Of a stretch of DNA of 64,000 nt, positions 48,477 to 58,579 are shown one piece after another. The translations under genes and the position numbers were made by a program. The DNA comes from an uncultured Nitrososphaerota archaeon (lineage in GTDB: Archaea > Thermoproteota > Nitrososphaeria > Nitrososphaerales > Gagatemarchaeaceae), in NCBI GenBank assembly GCA_963703285.1, contig OY969807.1, forward strand, positions 1,024,001-1,088,000. Reading direction: 5' to 3'. Each line of letters begins with the position of its first letter. The stretch's first letter is position 1. Below the pieces are notes generated by a model. The model did not search any database, was not told the DNA's origin, and saw only the letters and a program-made list of their open reading frames with translations.

Positions 48477-49253
48477 CTACTGAACGAGCCGTTTGACGAC
48501 GACGGATGCAAAGCTCACGAAGAAGACGGTTGACACCACCAACGCGAAAATGTCCAGGGGAAGCCCGGAGTAGTCGCCCGTCAGCAGGAGCGACCTCAGG
48601 GCGTCGACGACGTAGCTGAGTGGGTTGACATATGCAACGTACTTGAGCCACTGGGGCATGAGCGAAATGGGGTAGATCGCGCTGCTCGCGAAGAAGAGCG
48701 GCATGGTCAGCACCTGTCCGATGCCCATCATTCTGTCCCTAGTCTTCAGGAACGACGCCAGTATCATCGAGAAGCTCGAGAAGCACATGGAGAGCATCAC
48801 GACGATCCCGAAGACGCCTAGTACGTTCAGCACGTCGAGCCTGAGGCTCACACCGATGATCAGCGAGAGCACGATGATGACGATGGCCTGGAAGAACCCT
48901 CGAACGGCCGAGGCGAGCGCCTTGCCGATGACGATCGAGGACCGGGGCGAGGGGGTGGAAAGAAGCTTGGTCAGGAGGCCGACGTCCCTCTCCCAGACAA
49001 TCGTAATCCCGTAGAAGATTGCCACGAACAGAACGGATTGCGCCAAGACACCTGGAGCTATGTACTGGATGTACGTGTAGCCCGCTGGAGCGAGCACCTT
49101 CACCGAGTTCAGGACCTCCCCGAAGATGAGGAGCCAGAGAGCCGGCTGGACGGATCGCATCCAAAGCTCCGTCGAGTCGTGCCTTATCTTCCGCGCCTCC
49201 ATCTCGGCCACGGTGAGGACGCTGGATATGGACCTCGGAATGCTCAGGCTCAT
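48477..49253 (-). CDS. ABC-2 type exporter permease
   Basis: QPALWLLIFG..YIAPGVLAQ..WERDVG..PLFFASSAIYP..NPLSYVVDALR. Confidence 0.92.
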   Translation of the reverse strand: MSLSIPRSISSVLTVAEMEARKIRHDSTELWMRSVQPALWLLIFGEVLNSVKVLAPAGYTYIQYIAPGVLAQSVLFVAIFYGITIVWERDVGLLTKLLSTPSPRSSIVIGKALASAVRGFFQAIVIIVLSLIIGVSLRLDVLNVLGVFGIVVMLSMCFSSFSMILASFLKTRDRMMGIGQVLTMPLFFASSAIYPISLMPQWLKYVAYVNPLSYVVDALRSLLLTGDYSGLPLDIFALVVSTVFFVSFASVVVKRLVQ

Positions 49254-50245
49254 CTCCCCCGCCTCGTAAACGTCCTTCTCTCCGAACGAGCCTCGACGTA
49301 GCGGCCCTGGTCGACTCGCGAACCTGCGTACTTGATGAAGACGTCGTCGAGGGTCGGCTTCGCCAGCGAGATGGAGTCGATGACCATCCCCTTCGACTCG
49401 AGGAAGTCGATTATCCTCGGAATCTTCTGCTCCCCGTTCTCGGTAAGGATCCTCATCTCGCCCCCCTCGTACCCGAGCAGCCGCCCAGCGTCGCTTGGAA
49501 GCGAGGTAACGATTCCGCCCTGGGATGTCTTTGCTGTGATGATGTCTCCGCCCACAGATTCCTTGAGGCGCGTCGGCGTGTCGATGACGGCTATCTGACC
49601 GCCGTTCATGATGGCGACCCTGTCGCACATCTCGTCGGCTTCGGTCATGTCGTGGGTCGTGACGAGCATGGTCATCTTGAGCTCCTTGTTTAGCTCCTTC
49701 ACCCTGTCCTTGACCTGGTTCTTCGAGAACGGGTCGAGCCCTATGCTTGGCTCGTCGAGGAAGAGTATCTTGGGCCTGTTCACGAGCGCCTGCGCTATCT
49801 CGAGTCTCCTCATCATGCCTCCGGAGTAGTGCTTCACGAGGTCGTCAGCGCGCCCCGCCAGGTCCATGAACTCCAGGGCCTCGGAGATTCGCTCCTCCCT
49901 CTCCTTCCTCTCGACGTAGAAGAGCTTCGAGAAGATAAGAAGGTTCTCGTATCCGCTCAGGTCGCCGTCGACCGAGATAGCCTGGGGGACGTAGCCGAGC
50001 ATCTGCCTGACCTGCTTCGGGTACCTGAGGACGTCGACGCCAAAGACTCGCGCCGTCCCGCTCGTGGGCTTGATCAGGGTCGTAACGACCTTGATGGTCG
50101 TCGTCTTCCCGGCGCCGTTGGGGCCCAGCAGCCCGAAGATCTCACCCTCGTCCACCGAGAAGCTGACGTCGTCCACGGCCTTGGTCTCCTTGCCGTACAC
50201 CTTGGTCAGGTTCTCGACCTCGATTGCCTTCAATGAGTTGCTCAA
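49250..50245 (-). CDS. ABC exporter ATP-binding protein (DrrA-like)
   Basis: GPNGAGKT, YSGGM, LFLDEPSIGLD, TTH and PTLDDVF. Confidence 0.93.
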   Translation of the reverse strand: MSNSLKAIEVENLTKVYGKETKAVDDVSFSVDEGEIFGLLGPNGAGKTTTIKVVTTLIKPTSGTARVFGVDVLRYPKQVRQMLGYVPQAISVDGDLSGYENLLIFSKLFYVERKEREERISEALEFMDLAGRADDLVKHYSGGMMRRLEIAQALVNRPKILFLDEPSIGLDPFSKNQVKDRVKELNKELKMTMLVTTHDMTEADEMCDRVAIMNGGQIAVIDTPTRLKESVGGDIITAKTSQGGIVTSLPSDAGRLLGYEGGEMRILTENGEQKIPRIIDFLESKGMVIDSISLAKPTLDDVFIKYAGSRVDQGRYVEARSERRTFTRRGR

Positions 50246-50385
50246 TTTTGATTGAAAGGGCCCGGGGGCCACCCTCGACTCCTCTGTTATTGCATAGGGA
50301 TATTTGCTTTTATCGCGGCGTTGGGCGCTCCAACATAACCTTCATCAGACACCCATGGCGGAGTTGTTAGGTTGAGGTTGGTACC

Positions 50386-50991
50386 ATGAACGTCGGACGC
50401 GAGGTGAAGATCCTGCTCCTGAACAACAGGGGAATCTCGCTGGACGCTCTGGAAGAACAGTTGAGGGGCCTTGGAGCTCGCGTAGACCTAGTCGAACCAG
50501 AGTCCACTGACGGGCCTCTCCCGGTCAGCGGGTACGACGGGGTCGTAGCATCGGGCGGCTACTTGAAGTCAGATGTCCGGAGCGACACCCTTCGAAAGTA
50601 TTCGGCGTTCTTCGATGGACTTTCGGCTCCCTTCCTCGGGATATGCCTCGGGATGAAGATACTGGGCTACTGCTACGGGGCGAGGATCGCGAGGACGTCT
50701 CCGGTGGTCGGAGTTCGTCGGGTCGCCCTAAGCGGATTCCCGCTGTTTCCGGGGTTCCAAGAGTTCGCGGTACATCAGAACCACAGGTACGAGCTAGTCC
50801 GCCCGCTACCAAGCGCCCTGCAGGATTTCACAGCCGACGGAGGACCCGTTCAGGCGATAGGCGTCAAGGGGAAGAGGCAGTATGCGGTGCAGTTCCATCC
50901 CGAGGTGGGAAGGATGCACGCGCGGGTCATCCTCGAGAACTTCGTCTCTCTCTCCTCACAGGGTGCACAGGTCGGCGCTCAGGGGACGTAG
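50386..50991 (+). CDS. Class I glutamine amidotransferase domain protein
   Basis: PFLGICLG and AVQFHPE catalytic motifs. Confidence 0.85.
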   Translation: MNVGREVKILLLNNRGISLDALEEQLRGLGARVDLVEPESTDGPLPVSGYDGVVASGGYLKSDVRSDTLRKYSAFFDGLSAPFLGICLGMKILGYCYGARIARTSPVVGVRRVALSGFPLFPGFQEFAVHQNHRYELVRPLPSALQDFTADGGPVQAIGVKGKRQYAVQFHPEVGRMHARVILENFVSLSSQGAQVGAQGT

Positions 50992-51866
50992 ACGCCTATC
51001 TCTTCGCCTATCTTCCTTAACCGCTCGATGCGGTGTTCGGTGGAGGGATGGGTCGAGAAGAGCTCCATCATCGAAGAGCCCCGGAACGGGTTCACTATCC
51101 AGAGGGATGCGGTTGCTGGCGAGGGGGCGCCAGTGCTGTTGGCCCCCGGCTGACCTGCCATGGGGCGAGTCTTCGCCTTGACGCTAATCTTCTGGAGCGC
51201 CGACGCCAGCGCGCCCGGGTTGTGGGTAAGCTTGGCCCCGTACTCGTCCGCATTGTACTCCACGCTCCTCGATATCCCCAGCTTCACGAAGGTGGCCCCC
51301 AGCGGGACGAGCACAATCGCAGCTATAGCGAGCAGCGGGTTTCCTCCGTTCCTACCGTTTCCGCCGTACCCACCGCCCAGCATCATGGAGAAGAGCGCGA
51401 TGTAGGAGATGACCCCCGCCATCGTGGCGGCGACGCTGGACATCAGAACGTCTCTGTGCACGACGTGCCCGATCTCGTGGCCAATTACGGCCTGGAGCTC
51501 GCTGGGAGTGAGGGTGGAGAGGATGCTAGAGGTGGCCACTACGACGGCCTTGTTCGGTCCCCGGCCGGTGGCGAAGGCGTTGGGCTGTGGCGAGTTCACT
51601 ATCCCGACCTTGGGCATCGGGATTCCAGCCTGCTGCGCGACCGTCCTGACGACCCCGTAGAGTGTCGGGTTGTCGCTCTCCTGTATGAGCTTCGCACCGC
51701 TCATCCTGAGGACGATGCTGTCGCTCTCGAAGTAGGAGTAGAAGTTCACGGCCACCGACACCAGCAACGCGAAGCCCACGAACAAGAGAGGGGCGTTGAA
51801 GTATAGCCCCACGGCGTAGCCCACGAGCATCACCATCGCGGTCAGAACGAAAAAGAGCAGCGTCAT
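50979..51866 (-). CDS. htpX: HtpX (M48) membrane zinc protease
   Basis: PNAFATGR, HEIGH, SRSVEYNAD and FSTHPSTEHRI. Confidence 0.93.
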   Translation of the reverse strand: MTLLFFVLTAMVMLVGYAVGLYFNAPLLFVGFALLVSVAVNFYSYFESDSIVLRMSGAKLIQESDNPTLYGVVRTVAQQAGIPMPKVGIVNSPQPNAFATGRGPNKAVVVATSSILSTLTPSELQAVIGHEIGHVVHRDVLMSSVAATMAGVISYIALFSMMLGGGYGGNGRNGGNPLLAIAAIVLVPLGATFVKLGISRSVEYNADEYGAKLTHNPGALASALQKISVKAKTRPMAGQPGANSTGAPSPATASLWIVNPFRGSSMMELFSTHPSTEHRIERLRKIGEEIGVYVP

Positions 51867-51982
51867 CCTCAGATAGAATGCCAGAACCGTATCACCTTGA
51901 AATCGGCGGCTCCGAACACACGTAAAAACTTTTGCGTGAAAAGGTTATTACATTTCAGCGCTCGGACGACGACCGAGAAGAC

Positions 51983-52567
51983 ATGTCGGAAGACGACAAT
52001 TGGCAGAACAGATGGAGAAGGATGATGCCATTCGGCCCGTGGTCCTTCCCGGACATCGACGAGATGATGAAGGAGATGGAGAAGGAGTTCATGCAGTTCA
52101 AGGACATAGAGAAGCAGGTCCCCAAGGACCTGGTCAGGGAGCGCACCTCTCCCGACGGGAGCGTGAGGAAGGAAATCGGGCCGATAGTCTACGGCTACTC
52201 GATGACGATAGGCCCGGACGGCAAGCCGGTCATCAGGGAGTTCGGCAACGTGAAGAGGAGCGACGATCCCCTGAGGGGCATCACGGACAAGAGGGAGCCG
52301 CTGACGGACGTCGTGGACGGCGAGAAACAGGTCCGCATAATCGCAGAGATCCCAGGCGTGAAGAAGGAAGACATCGAGATGTCCGTCAGGGACAGGACCC
52401 TGACCATCTCGGTCGATACGCCCGAGAGGAAGTACCAGAAGGTCCTCCAGCTGCCGGAGACGGCGGAGGTCGAGGGGGCGAAGTCCAGCTTCAACAACGG
52501 GATTCTCGAGGTCACCTTCCCCAAGAGGCAGGGGGGAAGCACCGGCGTGAGGCTCAAGGTAGAGTAG
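51983..52567 (+). CDS. Archaeal Hsp20
   Basis: GPIVYGYSMTIGPDGKPVIREFGN..REPLTDV..AEIPGV..NNGILEV. Confidence 0.93.
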   Translation: MSEDDNWQNRWRRMMPFGPWSFPDIDEMMKEMEKEFMQFKDIEKQVPKDLVRERTSPDGSVRKEIGPIVYGYSMTIGPDGKPVIREFGNVKRSDDPLRGITDKREPLTDVVDGEKQVRIIAEIPGVKKEDIEMSVRDRTLTISVDTPERKYQKVLQLPETAEVEGAKSSFNNGILEVTFPKRQGGSTGVRLKVE

Positions 52568-52678
52568 GGCCGACCCGGAAGGGCGTGGCGCACCCTCCGT
52601 GCGCATTCCTGATGGGACTGCCGACGAGTGCGCTCCTTTCAGGAATCCTTATTACCCCGGAGACTCATTTATTCCACC

Positions 52679-52834
52679 ATGGCCAAGATGATGTCGTGCG
52701 AATGCGGATGGACCTTGATTACCCCCATGGGTGAGGCCGACCTCAAGAAGCACGCGATGATGCACGTCGCGGACGCCCATCCGGGAATGCACATGACAGA
52801 CGCAGACATGATGAAGATGATGAAGACGGTCTAG
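52679..52834 (+). CDS. DUF1059-like small metal-binding protein
   Basis: MAKMMSCECGW..HAMMHVADAHPGM; T-rich terminator follows. Confidence 0.75.
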   Translation: MAKMMSCECGWTLITPMGEADLKKHAMMHVADAHPGMHMTDADMMKMMKTV

Positions 52835-52925
52835 TCATCTTCACCTCTTTTTCTTAACCGGAGGTTCAGCGTGTGCCGCCAGCAAGAGATTAATCCCCAC
52901 GCAGGCGGAAACCACGCGGCTGCAC

Positions 52926-54068
52926 ATGACGCTTCTGCGAGGAATCACCTGGGACCACGCGAGGGGATCAGGGGGGCTCGATGCGACTGCGAGGGCATAC
53001 AACGAGTCGCACGAAGCAACGCAGGTGAAGTGGGAGCGGATTCCCCTACCGGAGCTGAAGGGCAGGAATCTGGAGGACCTCGCCGGGTTCTACGACCTCA
53101 TCATGATCGACCACACCGAGGTCGGCTCGGCGGAGAGGAACGGCTCGCTGCTTCCCTTCGACGCGGTCGTCCCCCGCGAGGTCCTCGAGCTGCTGCACGA
53201 ACAGTCTGCGGGGCCGAGCCATCGGTCCTACGAGTACGCGGGCCACCAGTGGGCTCTCGCTGCCGACGCGTCCTCCCTGGTCTCGGCCTACCGCCCTGAT
53301 CTCCTGGGGTCGCCCCCAGGCGACTGGGAATCCGTCACGGACCTGGCCCTCCGTCGCGGGACCAGCGTCGCGATCCCGCTCCTCCCCGCGGATTCGTTCG
53401 CCTCCTTCCTCACCCTGTGCGCGAATGGGGGCGAGCCCCCCTTCTCCCACGAGGACAAGGTGGCCCCGAGGGAGACGGCGCTTCGCGCGCTCACCCTCCT
53501 CGGGAGGCTCGCCGGCCTCGTCAACCGGGCTTCCCTGACGCTCGACGCGACGGGCGTTCTCGAGATGATGTCGACGGGCGACGAGATAGCATACTCGCCC
53601 CTCCTCGACGGTCACTCCAACTACTCGAGGTCTGGCTTCAGGAGGAGCGCGGTCCGCTTCGCCGATATCCCATCGTCGGGGGAAGGTCCCACGGGAAGCC
53701 TGCTCGGCGGCAGGGGGATTGCCATCTCCTCCAGATGCCCAGACCCGAAGGTTGCTGCCGAATACTCCGTCTGGGTCTGTCAGCCCGAGGTCCAGAGGGG
53801 CCTGTACTTCGATTCGGGGGGACAGCCCGGCAACAGGGCGGCGTGGCTCGACGAGGGCGTCAACCGCGCGTCGGACGATTTCTTCAGGCGCACCCTAGCT
53901 ACGCTCTCTGGCGCGTATCTGGGCCCCCGATACGATGGGTACCTGGAGGTGGAGGCCGCCTGCGGGGCGCTCATCCACAACTGGTTGGTAAACGGGGGGG
54001 ATGCAGAGAAGCTCTACGGGGAGCTCAACGCCCGCTATGCGGGCACCAGGAGGGACTCCAAAGCGTGA
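52926..54068 (+). CDS. Solute-binding-protein fold (sugar ABC type) lacking a signal peptide
   Basis: LRGITWDHARG..DLIMIDH..SY.Y.G.QWALA.DA..LGG.GIAIS..GGQPG. Confidence 0.8.
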   Translation: MTLLRGITWDHARGSGGLDATARAYNESHEATQVKWERIPLPELKGRNLEDLAGFYDLIMIDHTEVGSAERNGSLLPFDAVVPREVLELLHEQSAGPSHRSYEYAGHQWALAADASSLVSAYRPDLLGSPPGDWESVTDLALRRGTSVAIPLLPADSFASFLTLCANGGEPPFSHEDKVAPRETALRALTLLGRLAGLVNRASLTLDATGVLEMMSTGDEIAYSPLLDGHSNYSRSGFRRSAVRFADIPSSGEGPTGSLLGGRGIAISSRCPDPKVAAEYSVWVCQPEVQRGLYFDSGGQPGNRAAWLDEGVNRASDDFFRRTLATLSGAYLGPRYDGYLEVEAACGALIHNWLVNGGDAEKLYGELNARYAGTRRDSKA

Positions 54069-54080
54069 ACCCGCCGGATC

Positions 54081-54809
54081 CTATGGGCTGCGGGCCGGCT
54101 TCGCCGACATCACGTGCCGCTTGAGGAGCTGTATGCCGAGGGACGGGTCGACCCCCTTGGGGCACACTTCAGAGCAGCTGCCGGAGAAGTGGCAGCGCCA
54201 GATGCCATGCTGCCTGTCGACGAGCTCCAGCCTCTCGGGCCCGGCCTCGTCTCTCTTGTCCGCCGAGTAGCGGTAAGCCTGCGTCAGGGCCTGGGGGCCG
54301 AGAAAGAGACTGTCGGTTGCCACCGTGGGGCAGGCCGATGCGCAGAGCCCGCACTTTATGCAGTAAGTGAACTGGGAGATCGCGTCTAGGTCCGCCGGCT
54401 TCATGAGGTACTCGCCCGTCGGATTCTCCTGCTCGGCTGCGTCCTTCCTCTCTAGACGGGGGAGGATTTCCCGGTGGTGGGTGAAGAACCCCTCCAGGTC
54501 CACCACGAGGTCCCTCACTATGGGGAAGTTGTCCATCGGCTGGATGGTGAGGTAGTCCCACCCGAGTGCGGAGATCTGGGTCTCGCACGCGAGCGAGGGG
54601 CGCCCGTTGATTTTCATTCCGCAGGACCCGCACGACGACATCCTGCAAGAGCACCTGACGGCGAGCGAGTGGTCCAGGTAGCTCTTCGCGTACAGCAGGG
54701 CGTCGAGCACCGACGTCGCGTCGCCGGTGGGGACGATGTAGTTCCTGAACTCCGGCCTCTCATCCCTTGATGGGTCGAATCTCTGGATCCTCAGCCTAAC
54801 CTCGCCCAC
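54081..54809 (-). CDS. sdhB: Succinate dehydrogenase iron-sulfur subunit
   Basis: SCRMSSCGSC, CIKCGLCASACP and CHFSGSCSEVCPK. Confidence 0.95.
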   Translation of the reverse strand: MGEVRLRIQRFDPSRDERPEFRNYIVPTGDATSVLDALLYAKSYLDHSLAVRCSCRMSSCGSCGMKINGRPSLACETQISALGWDYLTIQPMDNFPIVRDLVVDLEGFFTHHREILPRLERKDAAEQENPTGEYLMKPADLDAISQFTYCIKCGLCASACPTVATDSLFLGPQALTQAYRYSADKRDEAGPERLELVDRQHGIWRCHFSGSCSEVCPKGVDPSLGIQLLKRHVMSAKPARSP

Positions 54810-55169
54810 CTAGGACGGCACCCCCGTCACGGCGAGGATCACGGTCCTCGTGCCGTAGCCCATCACGGCGACGGCTATCACGAGCGTGCCCCAGTTGACG
54901 CCCCTGCTCCACGAAAGACCCTGCCTCCACTCCAGCAGTATGACCCGCAGACCGTTGAACCCGTGTGCGACGACGACGATGAGCAGCATCTCCAGCAGCG
55001 AGAGGTCGACCCAGCTTCGGTAGACTGAGAGGACGTGCTGGAAGTCGATGGCCTTGTAGTAGGGGACGAGCACACCCTGCATCAGCAGATGGATCGAGAC
55101 GAGGACGAGAGCGGCCACCGCGGTCGCGTACTGTATGAGCATGAGCCTCGATTCTCTCAACGCTATCAC
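54810..55169 (-). CDS. sdhD: Succinate dehydrogenase membrane anchor
   Basis: Three TM segments, HGFNGLRVIL. Confidence 0.85.
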   Translation of the reverse strand: MIALRESRLMLIQYATAVAALVLVSIHLLMQGVLVPYYKAIDFQHVLSVYRSWVDLSLLEMLLIVVVAHGFNGLRVILLEWRQGLSWSRGVNWGTLVIAVAVMGYGTRTVILAVTGVPS

Positions 55170-55660
55170 ACCTGAAGTATCGACCACGCCCAGAGCGACG
55201 CCACGATTGCGGCCGCGATGGCGATCCATATCATGTGCCTTTGAAGAGCCCTGTGCGACTTCGCTCTGTACGGGAAGTCTGGTCTCGAGGGCTTCTGGAA
55301 GATGATTCCGTACTCCGAGAGTATCAGCCTGATCCCGTTGATCCCGTGGAAGACCACCACGAGCACGGTCAGGCTCAGGACGAGGTTCCCGAGGAGGTTC
55401 TCGGTGGCGGCGATGTCTCCCGCCCAGCTCGCTTGGCTAGGGGCGCTGCCGAAGGGCCCGCCGACGAAGAAGCTGGTGTCGCCAATGTGGCCGAGGACGT
55501 ACAGCAGGATGAGGACGCCCGTCAGCCTCTGGAAGGTGTACGCCCAGCGTTCGAGGCCGTAACCTGCCGGGTTGAACCAGGCGACCACCCCTCGCTTGTT
55601 CTGGACCTTCTTCTCGGCCGCCACAGGGTCCACCTCGGCTCCCTCCGTCGTGCCACCCAT
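55166..55660 (-). CDS. sdhC: Succinate dehydrogenase cytochrome b subunit
   Basis: WAYTFQRLTG..YVLGH..FHGINGIRLIL. Confidence 0.88.
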   Translation of the reverse strand: MGGTTEGAEVDPVAAEKKVQNKRGVVAWFNPAGYGLERWAYTFQRLTGVLILLYVLGHIGDTSFFVGGPFGSAPSQASWAGDIAATENLLGNLVLSLTVLVVVFHGINGIRLILSEYGIIFQKPSRPDFPYRAKSHRALQRHMIWIAIAAAIVASLWAWSILQV

Positions 55661-57369
55661 CAGTAGGTCCTCTCCGCGGGCTGGTACCTCGTTATCCTGA
55701 CCGGAGAGTAGTCCAGCCTGATTCCCTCTTCGCTCTGGTACGCGAGGGTGTGCTTCAGCCAGTTCACGTCGTCCCGCCTGGGGTAGTCGCGCCTCGCGTG
55801 CGCCCCCCTGGATTCGGTCCTGGCGACCGCTCCGACGAGGAACGCCTCGGCCGCCAGCAGCATGCTCTCCACCTCGAGGACGTTGGTGAGATTCGTGTTG
55901 TATCGCCTGCTGGTGTCGTCGCAGTGGAGGTAGTCTTCCGACTTGAGCCCCCTCACCACCTTGATGGCCTCGGCAAGCCCCTCGCCTGTGCGATAGACGT
56001 AGGCGTTCTTGTCCATCGCCGCCTGCAGCCGGTCCCTCACCTCGTAGGGGTTCGTCCCACCCCTGCCATGGAAGATCTCGTCGAAGATGCGCTTCTCCTC
56101 CTTCGCCACCCGGGCCTCGGCCGGCGGGACCTCCGATCGTTGAAGGGCGTACTTGGCCGCCGCCTCCCCCGTGATACGGCCCCACACGAGGCACTCGGCG
56201 GTGGAGTTTGCGCCAAGGCGGTTCGCGCCGTTTATGCTGACGCACGCCGCCTCGCCCGCTGCCCAGAGCCCCTTCACCTTCGTGGCGCCGTCGATGTCCA
56301 CGTCGATGCCGCCCATCGTGTAGTGGCAGACGGGCTTCACCGGAAGCGGGGTCTCGATGGGATCGATGGCCCTGAACTTCATCGCAATCTCCCTTATCCC
56401 CCCGAGCCTCTCCTTTATCTTCGCCGCACCGATTCCGGTCAGGTCGAGGTTCAGATACGCCTGGCCCTTGTCATCGGTGAATCCCCTCCCTTCGTCCATC
56501 TCGGTTATCATGGCCCTGGAGACCACGTCCCTCGAGGCGAGCTCCAGCTTTCCCGGAGCGTATCTCTCCATGAACCGCTCGCCGTCTCTGTTCAGGAGAA
56601 TCCCTCCCTCCGCTCTGGCCCCCTCGGTTATGAGTATCCCGGAGGGGATCAGGCCCGAGGGATGGAACTGGAAGAACTCCATGTCCTTCAGGGGAAGGCC
56701 TGCCCTCAGGGCGAGCGACATCCCGTCGGGAGTCGAGCTGTACCCATAGGTTGCGAAGCTGAAGAGCCTGCCCGCCCCGCCGGTCGCGACTATGCAGGCC
56801 TTGGCGGCGATCGCCGCGAATGCCCCCGTCTTCATCTCGATTGCCGTTATCCCGCGGAACCCGCCCTGGTCGACGAGCAGCGAGGTGGCGTACCACTCCT
56901 GGTAGAAGCTGATGTTCGGACACCTGGTGCAGGTGTCGTAGAGCGTCTGCATCTGGTGGAAGCCCACCTTGTCCTCGGCGAAGGTAGCCCTCGGGTACGA
57001 GTAGCCCCCGAAGTCCCTCTGCGCGAGGCGTCCGTCCTCCCGCCTAGACCAGGGCATCCCCCAGTGCTCGAGCTGGTAGACCTCGAGGGGGACCATCTTG
57101 GCGAACCTCTCGACCGCGTCTTGGTCGGCGAGGTAGTCCGACCCCTTCACCGTGTCGAAGATGTGCGACTCGATCGAGTCCCCAAGTTCGGGGTAGAGGA
57201 CAGCCGCCGTCCCTCCCTCGGCGCTCACGGAGTGCGACCTCATCGCCTGGACCTTCGTGACGACGCCGATGCGGATCTTCTGGCTGACCCTTGACGCCTC
57301 GATGGCGGCCCTGAGTCCGGCTATGCCCGAGCCGATGATAAGGAGGTCCTGACTGAGCCGCTCTGCCAT
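55660..57369 (-). CDS. sdhA: Succinate dehydrogenase flavoprotein
   Basis: IIGSGIAG, RSHSVSAEGG, QFHP, ITEGAR, HYTMGG, GANRLGANS and ESRGAH. Confidence 0.96.
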   Translation of the reverse strand: MAERLSQDLLIIGSGIAGLRAAIEASRVSQKIRIGVVTKVQAMRSHSVSAEGGTAAVLYPELGDSIESHIFDTVKGSDYLADQDAVERFAKMVPLEVYQLEHWGMPWSRREDGRLAQRDFGGYSYPRATFAEDKVGFHQMQTLYDTCTRCPNISFYQEWYATSLLVDQGGFRGITAIEMKTGAFAAIAAKACIVATGGAGRLFSFATYGYSSTPDGMSLALRAGLPLKDMEFFQFHPSGLIPSGILITEGARAEGGILLNRDGERFMERYAPGKLELASRDVVSRAMITEMDEGRGFTDDKGQAYLNLDLTGIGAAKIKERLGGIREIAMKFRAIDPIETPLPVKPVCHYTMGGIDVDIDGATKVKGLWAAGEAACVSINGANRLGANSTAECLVWGRITGEAAAKYALQRSEVPPAEARVAKEEKRIFDEIFHGRGGTNPYEVRDRLQAAMDKNAYVYRTGEGLAEAIKVVRGLKSEDYLHCDDTSRRYNTNLTNVLEVESMLLAAEAFLVGAVARTESRGAHARRDYPRRDDVNWLKHTLAYQSEEGIRLDYSPVRITRYQPAERTY

Positions 57370-57443
57370 CTTGGCGCTCCCCCTAGACGTTCCCCTTAAA
57401 ACTTGACGAAACGGGTTGCAGCAGTCTGCAAGCCCTCCTCTCC

Positions 57444-58439
57444 TTACTTGAATATTCCGAGGACGGCGTCATCGGCGAGCGCGACCGCGTAGCCGGCGAT
57501 CCCCCTGACGTCCCTCAAGATCAGCGTAAGGTGATAGGCGTCCTTGGCGCCTCCCTTCATCGGGAGCGTGTACCCGTCCTCGTAGAGCTGCCGTACCTGG
57601 GGCATCTTCCTGAAGACGGAGTCCGCTGCGGCGATGTCCTTGGACATGAGGGCCTTCACGGAGAGCGTCAGCATCTCCTCCGTGATGTCGGTCATCCGCC
57701 TTATGATCGAGACGAGGGCGGGCTCGGGCCTTGCTGTGAGCTCCTTCACGTGCCTGGCCGTCCACATGGAGTAGTAGGCTATCCTTCCGAGCTCCCTGGT
57801 CGCGATGGCTAGGACTATCACGCTGTTGACGTCGGGGATGTTCATGTGCTCCCTCAGCTTCCTGTTCCTGGCTGCCTCGAAGGCCAGGCGCATCATGAAG
57901 CTGTAGAGCTTCGCACCCTCCGCGCCCCTCAGGTCGGCGTCCTTGGCGAGGTTAGAGTCCCCGGCTTCGAGGGCCTTCGCAGCGTCCACCAAGACCGCGA
58001 GCGACGCCGCGGAGAACCGCTCGACCATCTCCGGCAGGCTGAACTTCCAGGGGTCGATCAGGTTGAGGAGCGAGATGTGGTCGGCGTAGTCCTCGGTTAT
58101 CTCCACCCCCATGAGACCGTCGAGGACCTCGCGGATCCACTCTTTGTGGTAAGCCTGCATCTTGTTGCCGGGGGAGTATATCCTGGTGACGTCGTGGCCG
58201 AGGATGTAGGAAGCTGTGATGTTGAGCTCCAGGAGCCTCTGGTCCTTGAGCTTGTCGACGTCGATGGTCCTAGCCTCGCCCGCGTGCCTCGCCTCCGTTG
58301 GAGCGATCACCAGGCTGTCCCCTTCGGTCTCGGTCGAGAGCAGGTCGCCCTTCTTCAGCTTGAGCTTCTCGACCCACTCCTTGGGGAGGGTCACTATGTA
58401 CGTGCCTCCCGCGGTCGTCTGCAGCTTCCTGACTTGCAC
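57444..58439 (-). CDS. AbrB-PhoU domain regulator
   Basis: RKLQTTAGGTYIVTLPKEW..LKKGD, ASYILG.D, then PhoU-like helical repeats. Confidence 0.85.
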   Translation of the reverse strand: MQVRKLQTTAGGTYIVTLPKEWVEKLKLKKGDLLSTETEGDSLVIAPTEARHAGEARTIDVDKLKDQRLLELNITASYILGHDVTRIYSPGNKMQAYHKEWIREVLDGLMGVEITEDYADHISLLNLIDPWKFSLPEMVERFSAASLAVLVDAAKALEAGDSNLAKDADLRGAEGAKLYSFMMRLAFEAARNRKLREHMNIPDVNSVIVLAIATRELGRIAYYSMWTARHVKELTARPEPALVSIIRRMTDITEEMLTLSVKALMSKDIAAADSVFRKMPQVRQLYEDGYTLPMKGGAKDAYHLTLILRDVRGIAGYAVALADDAVLGIFK

Positions 58440-58529
58440 GTAGGCCGAGTCGGCGCCTTCTCGTAATAAGCGTTGCCAAGATTTACGTATAATATGTATT
58501 AGTTGCAGTCTACCGATAAGTCGTAGAGA

Positions 58530-58550
58530 ATATACGTAATCTACGCATAT
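58530..58550. promoter_or_regulatory. Inverted repeat upstream of the aceA TATA box
   Basis: ATATACGTA-atc-TACGCATAT directly before cttaaaa; a related TTACGTATA lies at 58483-58491. Confidence 0.6.
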
Positions 58551-58579
58551 CCTTAAAACGTCTCGATTCCGCGAAGGCC

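Noticed and set aside
55750-57294. 514-aa plus-strand ORF, and similar long ORFs such as 12262..13455, 39064..40296, 47279..48316 and 58634..59761
   Set aside because: Antisense shadows of well-supported genes, expected with high-GC codon bias; no motifs.
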